64,000 bases of DNA from an uncultured bacterium. Its GTDB lineage: Bacteria > Hydrothermota > UBA3072. Numbering within the stretch: the first letter of the stretch is position 1; each line of letters begins with the position of its first letter. The translations under genes and the position numbers were made by a program. Shown here piece after piece: positions 58,167 through 64,000 of the stretch. The notes below the pieces were generated by a model that ran no database searches, was not told where the DNA came from, and was given only the letters and a program-made list of their open reading frames with translations. The stretch lies in the NCBI GenBank assembly GCA_964556365.1, contig CAZKVT010000001.1, positions 7,158 through 71,157 on the forward strand, in the 5' to 3' direction.

Positions 58167-60745
58167 ACCCGTAGTAATAACAATTCCTTTTTTACAGGTT
58201 TTTTCAAGTAATCTGCCGCGCCTTTTTTCAGACCCTCGATTTCATTCTCGGAATCCGAAAGAGAGGTCACGAATATTACAGGTGTTTTAATCCCTTTTTG
58301 CTTTATAATATTCATTAAAGAAAAACCATCGAGATTGGGCATATTTACATCGGAAATTACAAGGTCAAAATCTTTCTTTCCCAAATCGAGCAAAGCGGCG
58401 GCTCCGTCTTCCGCGAGAGTTACCATATAACCCGCGTTGGTTAAGTATCGAGATATCAAATTCCGTGAATCGACATCATCTTCCACCACAAGAATCATTT
58501 TCCCCTTTTCCTCTATTTCCTGAGTTTCGACCTCAACGGCTTTTTCCTGCTCGATAGTTTCCTTCTCTTCGCCGAGAACAACTTTCGTTGTTTTTTTGGC
58601 AGAAGATTCTTCAATTAAAACCTTATTATAAACATCTTCAGGGGCAAATATAAGACTTCTTATTTTTTCTATAGCATGGTCAGGTAAAAGATAACAACCT
58701 TTTTCTTTAAAAATGTGACGGATTTCCGAAATTGGAGTTCCTTTTCTTATTTCTTCGATTATATCTTCATCGAATTTCAAGACCTCATATACACCTTCTC
58801 TGCCGTAATATCCTGTGTTATTGCAATTCGGACATCCCTTCACCTCGAGAACTCTTTCCGGAATATCATCCGTAAAGGGTTCTAAGAGTTTTCTCTGCTC
58901 GTCAGATATATGCACAATTTTACTGCAGGACTGGCAGGGTTTTTTTATTAATTTTTGAGCAACAATACAGAGGAGACTTTCGGACATTTGTAATCTTGCA
59001 ACGTCCAATCTCTCGAGACGGAAAATAGCGGAAGTCGCGTTTGAAGTATGGAGAGTGGAAATAGTTAAATGTCCTGTAGAAGCAAAATCTACAGCCGTTT
59101 TAGCCGAATAAGGGTCTCTTATCTCTCCCATGTATAAAATATCGGGGTCCTGCCTGACAGACGATTTTAAAAGGTCCTCAAAAGCTATACCAGCTTTTTC
59201 GTTCACCTGCTGCTGATTCGCCGACGGGATGCGGTATTCGACCGGGTCTTCCACACTCATAAGACTTCGTGTTTCCGTATCTATTTGCGAAAGTAAACTG
59301 TAAACTGTCGTAGTTTTTCCCGAACCTGTTCCACCCACCACAAGAACCATTCCGTGATGCTGATTTCCGCTGTTCTCAAGAACGGCTGACTGTTTTTCCG
59401 TCATACCCAACTCAAGAAGAGTCTTTGGTTTCGCGTAAGGTTTTAATATTCTTATAACAACACTCTCACCGTTGGGTGTAGAAGTTGTGGCAATACGAAA
59501 ACTAAAGACACCACCGGCTATTTCCCTGGCGAAACTTCCGTCTTGAGGTCTTCTGCGCTCAGCAATATCCAGACCAGCCAATAATTTAAGACGGGATATG
59601 ACCATCTGGCTGGTTCTGCCTTTAATATTAACATGGTCGACCATATCTCCGTCGACTCTGAATCTAATAACGGATTCATTTTTTTTAGGCTCTATATGTA
59701 TATCACTCGCCCGGCTTTTAATTGCCTCCTGTAGGATACTATTGGTTATAGTTATTACAGGCCCACCTTCTCCATCTATAACTTTGTGTTTTTCTTCTTC
59801 TTTTTTTTGGAACACCTGAGTCACGTACCTTTCATTTACCCCCTCAGTTTCAGCTTCCTGCCTCTTATACTCTTGCTTCTTACTTAATTCTTCCTCCTCC
59901 ACAAATTCAGGTTCTTTAAAAAGCTTTTCTATATTCTCAGGTTCGCTTACCAGAAATCTCGAATTGGGAGATATGTCCCAGAAACTATCCAGAGAATCCA
60001 GCAAATCCCAATCAAAGGGATTGCTTATTACCAATGCTTCCTCACCCGAAGGCTCGATTCTGGGGACAATAAGATTTTTTTTGCAAAATGCTCCGGGAAA
60101 CGTACCGAGATGCACGTTCTGGATTTCTATCGTCGGAGTGTAAGGCAAACCAAGAAAACCGCTAATATATTCGGCCATTTTTTTATTGCTAAGATTTATC
60201 TCGGAAGCGAAAGAATATATATCACGGGGAGTTATCTTAAATAATCTTTTTTTGTTTTCTTTGTTTAAATTTAAACTGTATGATAAAAACTTAATAAATC
60301 TATTAAAATCTAATGGTTTGATGTTTTTTCTGATACCCGAAGGGCGTTCGGAAAGTTTTTTCCATCGTTTTCCGGTTTTTACATGTTTATCAATTATAGA
60401 AAGGAGTTTCTCTTTTTCAATAGGTTTCACCAGATAATCCACTCCTCCCACAGAAAATGCTTTTGCCTTATCCTTATCACTTTCTAAGGCAGTCAAGAAA
60501 ATAACAGGGATAAACTCCGTTTCTTTATCTTTCTGCAGGTTTGAACAAACGGTATACCCATCCATGGAAGGCATATTTATATCCAGTAGAACGACATCGG
60601 GCTTTTCTTCTTTTACTTTTTCTATTCCCTCTGTCGGACTTATTGCTGTTATAACTTCATATCCTGCGTCAGAAAGGATTCTTTCCACTAATTTGAGCAT
60701 ATCTTGATTGTCATCGATGTAAACAACCTGAGCCTTTTTATTCAT
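58145..60745 (-). CDS. GspE/PilB-family secretion ATPase flanked by receiver (REC) domains at both termini
   Basis: The N-terminal REC has IDDNQD, LLDINMPSMDG, FLTA and YLVKP. A T2SSE_N-like region follows. The ATPase core has Walker A VVGGTGSGKTTT, ILYMGEIRD and the His box GHLTISTLHT, plus the tetracysteine CQSC...CPNC. The C-terminal REC has VEDD, ISDVNMPNLDG, FVTS and YLKKP. Confidence 0.85.
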   Translation of the reverse strand: MNKKAQVVYIDDNQDMLKLVERILSDAGYEVITAISPTEGIEKVKEEKPDVVLLDINMPSMDGYTVCSNLQKDKETEFIPVIFLTALESDKDKAKAFSVGGVDYLVKPIEKEKLLSIIDKHVKTGKRWKKLSERPSGIRKNIKPLDFNRFIKFLSYSLNLNKENKKRLFKITPRDIYSFASEINLSNKKMAEYISGFLGLPYTPTIEIQNVHLGTFPGAFCKKNLIVPRIEPSGEEALVISNPFDWDLLDSLDSFWDISPNSRFLVSEPENIEKLFKEPEFVEEEELSKKQEYKRQEAETEGVNERYVTQVFQKKEEEKHKVIDGEGGPVITITNSILQEAIKSRASDIHIEPKKNESVIRFRVDGDMVDHVNIKGRTSQMVISRLKLLAGLDIAERRRPQDGSFAREIAGGVFSFRIATTSTPNGESVVIRILKPYAKPKTLLELGMTEKQSAVLENSGNQHHGMVLVVGGTGSGKTTTVYSLLSQIDTETRSLMSVEDPVEYRIPSANQQQVNEKAGIAFEDLLKSSVRQDPDILYMGEIRDPYSAKTAVDFASTGHLTISTLHTSNATSAIFRLERLDVARLQMSESLLCIVAQKLIKKPCQSCSKIVHISDEQRKLLEPFTDDIPERVLEVKGCPNCNNTGYYGREGVYEVLKFDEDIIEEIRKGTPISEIRHIFKEKGCYLLPDHAIEKIRSLIFAPEDVYNKVLIEESSAKKTTKVVLGEEKETIEQEKAVEVETQEIEEKGKMILVVEDDVDSRNLISRYLTNAGYMVTLAEDGAAALLDLGKKDFDLVISDVNMPNLDGFSLMNIIKQKGIKTPVIFVTSLSDSENEIEGLKKGAADYLKKPVKKELLLLRVGKLLSV

Positions 60746-61055
60746 TTACGATTTCTACTCTCCCCAGATAATTTTTAAGTTCAGATACATTGTTTTTTAT
60801 TTCTTCCGCGTTTTTTTCTTTCGCGGATATTTCGATCGTTTTTCCTAACTCGGTTATACCATCGAACCCGTAAATAGAACCGGACCCTTTCATACTATGT
60901 CCTAGTCTCTCTATCGTTTCAAAATCTCCCTTTTCCAGAGATTCATTAATTTTATTGATATCTTTTTCCTTGTTCTCGAGAAAATTCGGAATAAGCTGAA
61001 TCGCGTACTCGGGAACTTTAATTTTAATTTTTTCGTCGCTTTTTTCACCTTGCAT
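60738..61055 (-). CDS. histidine phosphotransfer (Hpt) domain protein
   Basis: The protein is 105 aa and carries LGHSMKGSGSIYGF (HxxKG phospho-His motif). It overlaps the downstream ATPase gene by 8 nt. Confidence 0.8.
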   Translation of the reverse strand: MQGEKSDEKIKIKVPEYAIQLIPNFLENKEKDINKINESLEKGDFETIERLGHSMKGSGSIYGFDGITELGKTIEISAKEKNAEEIKNNVSELKNYLGRVEIVNE

Positions 61056-61080
61056 TATTTAAACCTCCATTTTTACTGTA

Positions 61081-62058
61081 TTAGTTCGCGACTTTAACAC
61101 AATTGCGTCCAGCCTGCTTAGCCGCGTATAGCGCCTTATCCACCTTACTTATAAATGAATTTGGTTTTGTTTTTCTATCGGGCTTAACTGTAGCTACTCC
61201 TATGCTTATTGTAACATATTTCTCCACGGACGATTTTTCATGTTTTATTTTTAATTTTTTTGTTTCACTTAAAAACCGATTAGCGACCTCGAGAACTCCT
61301 TTTTTGTCAGTATTAGGAAGAACTCCAATAAATTCTTCCCCCCCGTATCTACAAAGAAAATCTTTCGGTCTTTTTAAAGTATCGTTTAAGATACCGGCGA
61401 CTTTTTTCAAACAATCATCACCCTTTAAGTGTCCGTATGTATCATTATACGCTTTAAAATAATCGATATCGAACATTATTAGCGAAATAAATTCTTTTTC
61501 CCTTACGGCATTCTTCCATTCGCCGATAAAAAACTCCTCAAAATAACGCCGGTTTGGAACGCCAGTTAGACCATCCCTGTATGACATACGAGTCAATTTC
61601 TTATTTGCTTCGTCGAGCAGCTCAGCCATCTCCGTTATCTCTCTTTCTCTTTCTTTCCTGCTGTCTGTTTCCCTCTTTAGTTTTAAAGCAGAATGAACTC
61701 TGGCTAAAAGCTCGGTTTTATTTGTCGGTTTTGTTATATAATCTATGGCTCCCGCCTCAAAAGCCAACTGCAGATGACTTTCTTCCCTGTGGGCTGTGAT
61801 CATTATAATAGGAATATCTTTTAGTTCTTTATCCTTTTTGATTTTACCGCAGGCTTCTATACCGTTTATATCCGGCATATTTATATCCATCAGGATAAGA
61901 TCTATATCTTTTTTCTTGTTACTATTTTTTAAGCCAAGAATTTCGAAAGCTCGAACCGCCGATTCGGCAAGATGTATTTTACTATATCCTTCCTTGCTTA
62001 AAATCGATTTAAGTACTAATAACTGGTCTTCTGAATCATCAACAATAAGAATATTCAT
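61081..62058 (-). CDS. response regulator diguanylate cyclase (REC-GGDEF) with I-site
   Basis: The REC domain has VDDSED, LMDINMPDINGIE and YITKP. The GGDEF domain has RDGLTGVPNRR and RYGGEEF, with RPKD (RxxD) 5 residues upstream as an I-site. Confidence 0.9.
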   Translation of the reverse strand: MNILIVDDSEDQLLVLKSILSKEGYSKIHLAESAVRAFEILGLKNSNKKKDIDLILMDINMPDINGIEACGKIKKDKELKDIPIIMITAHREESHLQLAFEAGAIDYITKPTNKTELLARVHSALKLKRETDSRKEREREITEMAELLDEANKKLTRMSYRDGLTGVPNRRYFEEFFIGEWKNAVREKEFISLIMFDIDYFKAYNDTYGHLKGDDCLKKVAGILNDTLKRPKDFLCRYGGEEFIGVLPNTDKKGVLEVANRFLSETKKLKIKHEKSSVEKYVTISIGVATVKPDRKTKPNSFISKVDKALYAAKQAGRNCVKVAN

Positions 62059-62230
62059 TTAAAATCCCTATTTACATATATTAGGATACTATTTTTTTTC
62101 TAAAAGTAAAGGGGTTTTTTGAATTGACTTAAGAATCACCGTAGAGAACATATAAATCAGTCCAAGGTCTTTGACCGATCCAACGAACTAACGATTAAAT
62201 CCTCTACGTCTCCGTGTGAGAATTTTTCCC

Positions 62231-62258
62231 TTGACATTATAATTATAATCTGTATAAT
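62231..62258 (+). promoter_or_regulatory. sigma70-type promoter (TTGACA-16-TATAAT) for the T9SS cargo gene
   Basis: cccTTGACA is at 62231-62236 and TATAAT at 62253-62258. A GTGTGAGAAT repeat copy lies just upstream. Confidence 0.55.
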
Positions 62259-62295
62259 TTTTATCGTAAGTTAACTAAAACAAAAGGGGGAAACT

Positions 62296-63870
62296 ACGAA
62301 AAAGGCATTAATTTTAACGGTTTTCAATTTATTGTTCGCTTTTTTTCTCTCAGCGGACAATTTAATCCTCAACCCGGGATTCGAGTCCTGGACTGAAAAT
62401 ACCCCTGATAATTGGACACACAAATCAGGAATTACTGTTTTTAAAGAAGATGGATTATCCCACGAGGGAAATTTTAGCCTTAAAGATTCTCTTACCACAC
62501 AATCGCAAACCGACGCCGATCTAATAAGCGCCTCTATCGAAATTTCTCCTGGAGTAGCCTGTACTCTAAGAGTATGGGTCTATGACAATGAGCCTGCCGG
62601 CAGGCTCAGGCTGATAGCCTGTTGGAATACAGGAGATTCAGACTGGGGCTCCTATTCGGCCGACAGCGCAAATTGGCAGCAGCTTGAGCTGGTAACAAAC
62701 ACTCCTTTTAATGCTGATTCCGGAAGCCTCGCTCTAAGAGCATACGATATTGATTCTGTTTGGGATGGGGACGCTGTTTTCTACATCGACGACGCTGAAT
62801 TTATAACCATTACGGAACCGCCTCCCTTTGTAAAAAGAATCTGGCATACCCCCACTCATCCTACACAAACCGAAACAGAAAACATCTACGCTGAAATATT
62901 AGACAACGGCAATATAACAGTTGATTCCCTTTACTACGGGATAAATAATTTAGATTCTCATTTTGCTATTACTCACGCCGCAATCAGCGGAGATACCTTT
63001 TCTTATAATATTCCGCAGCAGACAGAAGATGATACTGTTTTTTATTACCTATGGGTAAAAGACAATGACGATTCGGTTACAATTTCGGATACCAACACCT
63101 ATTACGTGGGTAACAAAGGAATAATCATTAATGAATTGTGTTATGATACTCCGGGTTCGGATACAGCATGTTTTGTAGAATTATACGGACCCCCCGGAGC
63201 TTCCCTGGAGGGAATAGAGGTTGTGGGAGTAAACGGTTCAGACGGTGAAGATTATCAAAATATCGACCTTACAGGCTATTTGATACCTTCTGATGGTTTT
63301 TTTGTTATAGCGCAGGATAGCTCTGTTATAAATTCTGATACTATCACGACAAAGGTAAATTTACAAAACGGCCCGGATAATATCGAACTACGATTTAAAG
63401 GAATAACCATCGACGCGCTGGGATACGGAAACGGCAATTTTATATTTACAGGCGAAGGATTACCCGCTCCTGATATAGCGTATACAAATAGTTTATCGCG
63501 ATATCCGGATGGCGAGGATACGGACAACAACATAAGCGATTTTATAGAAACCACGCTTAGAACTCCGGGAGAAGGCAACTTTTCCTATATTAAAGAGAAC
63601 AACGCCGGACAGCCTTTCGACATATCCTTTCCATCTATTCTGTTAGGAAATAAAGGAGAGTTTATAATAAAAGCGGGGGGGAAAGGGCGTGTAGATTTTT
63701 CTATATTTAACATTTTGGGACAACAAATTTTTAATTCTAAAAAAGATTTTTCGAACCCCGGCACATACAAAATCGAATGGAATATCAAAGACGTCTGCCC
63801 GGGTGTATATTTTTGCAATTTACAATACGAAGAAATACTTTTAACCGAAAAGATTCTGGTAATAAGATAA
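62296..63870 (+). CDS. secreted protein: CBM-like N-terminal domain, lamin-tail (LTD) domain, T9SS type-A C-terminal sorting domain
   Basis: NLILNPGFESWTENTPDNWT is a CBM_4_9-like start. The LTD region is IIINELCYDTPGSDTACFVELYGPPGASLEGIEVVG...DGFFVIAQ. The C-terminal FSIFNILGQQIF...PGVYFCNLQYEE..LTEKILVIR is a T9SS CTD. The tracked TTG start (62332) leaves no usable signal peptide. The frame is open from 62275, and KKALILTVFNLLFAFFLSA follows the SD AAAGGGGG, implying a start at ACG 62296 (or a base error). Confidence 0.7.
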   Translation, partial: TKKALILTVFNLLFAFFLSADNLILNPGFESWTENTPDNWTHKSGITVFKEDGLSHEGNFSLKDSLTTQSQTDADLISASIEISPGVACTLRVWVYDNEPAGRLRLIACWNTGDSDWGSYSADSANWQQLELVTNTPFNADSGSLALRAYDIDSVWDGDAVFYIDDAEFITITEPPPFVKRIWHTPTHPTQTETENIYAEILDNGNITVDSLYYGINNLDSHFAITHAAISGDTFSYNIPQQTEDDTVFYYLWVKDNDDSVTISDTNTYYVGNKGIIINELCYDTPGSDTACFVELYGPPGASLEGIEVVGVNGSDGEDYQNIDLTGYLIPSDGFFVIAQDSSVINSDTITTKVNLQNGPDNIELRFKGITIDALGYGNGNFIFTGEGLPAPDIAYTNSLSRYPDGEDTDNNISDFIETTLRTPGEGNFSYIKENNAGQPFDISFPSILLGNKGEFIIKAGGKGRVDFSIFNILGQQIFNSKKDFSNPGTYKIEWNIKDVCPGVYFCNLQYEEILLTEKILVIR

Positions 63871-63928
63871 GAATCCTCCGGATTGGTTAAATGGTTGAAT
63901 TGTCGAATAGTTGAATAGGAAAAATAAA

Positions 63929-63961
63929 AAAATCTTTGTGTCTTAGTGCTTTTGTGTGAGA
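63929..63961 (-). repeat. reverse-orientation copy of the dispersed TCTCACAC...CACAAAGA repeat
   Basis: The reverse complement of 63929-63961 is tctcacacaaaagcactaagacacaaagatttt. By eye it is about 80% identical to 50841-50874, and the flanks (aaattat / ttatttt) also match. Confidence 0.55.
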
Positions 63962-64000
63962 AATAATTTTTTCATTGCGAAAATTGTTCCCAAACATTAT

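Overview
This is a low-GC, compositionally patchy (judged by eye) bacterial chromosome segment. It carries about 44 tightly packed protein genes on both strands. I recognised no rRNA, tRNA, CRISPR array, transposase or integrase.

The host is diderm: it has lpxC-fabZ-lpxA, an outer-membrane beta-barrel protein, and a cargo protein with a T9SS-type C-terminal sorting domain. An uncultivated FCB-group-like lineage is likely, but that is inference only.

Housekeeping block: xseB-ispA-DUF212-dxs-lpxC-fabZ-lpxA, then deoC and a UPF0104 membrane protein.

Accessory and envelope blocks:
- (i) a coupled operon of radical SAM, radical SAM, MurD-like ligase and phosphoglycosyl transferase
- (ii) a YARHG protein, a GT-C-like membrane protein, a DUF4846-M23 peptidase and a 1324-aa HEAT-repeat protein
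- (iii) an operon of a giant PPC-repeat protein, a thioester alpha-2-macroglobulin and PBP1C
- (iv) SGNH/TPR, a carbamoyltransferase fused to SxtJ, and an untracked 52-aa DUF5989-like ORF
- (v) a lipoprotein plus an active and a catalytically dead DUF3857/transglutaminase pair
- (vi) a sulfur-transfer cluster of MBL-rhodanese, a stand-alone NrdD-type glycyl-radical peptide and a tandem rhodanese
- (vii) an operon of REC-GGDEF, Hpt and REC-GspE-REC

The most interesting feature is a 12-kb segment (about 36.1-48.2 kb). It is bracketed by a 70-nt direct repeat made of the 3' end of the MBL-rhodanese gene, which looks like an attL/attR footprint, though no integrase is present. The segment holds a self-contained convergent eight-gene cluster:
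- a UbiA-like prenyltransferase
- an RPH-type PEP-utilising kinase
- a GNAT
- an adenylating ligase
- class I HMG-CoA reductase
- a BtaA-like SAM enzyme
- a polyprenol-kinase-like membrane protein
- an MMPL/RND exporter

I read this as a candidate undescribed isoprenoid/aminolipid pathway.

All calls rest on manual motif reading of the supplied translations and sequence. No searches or computations were run.
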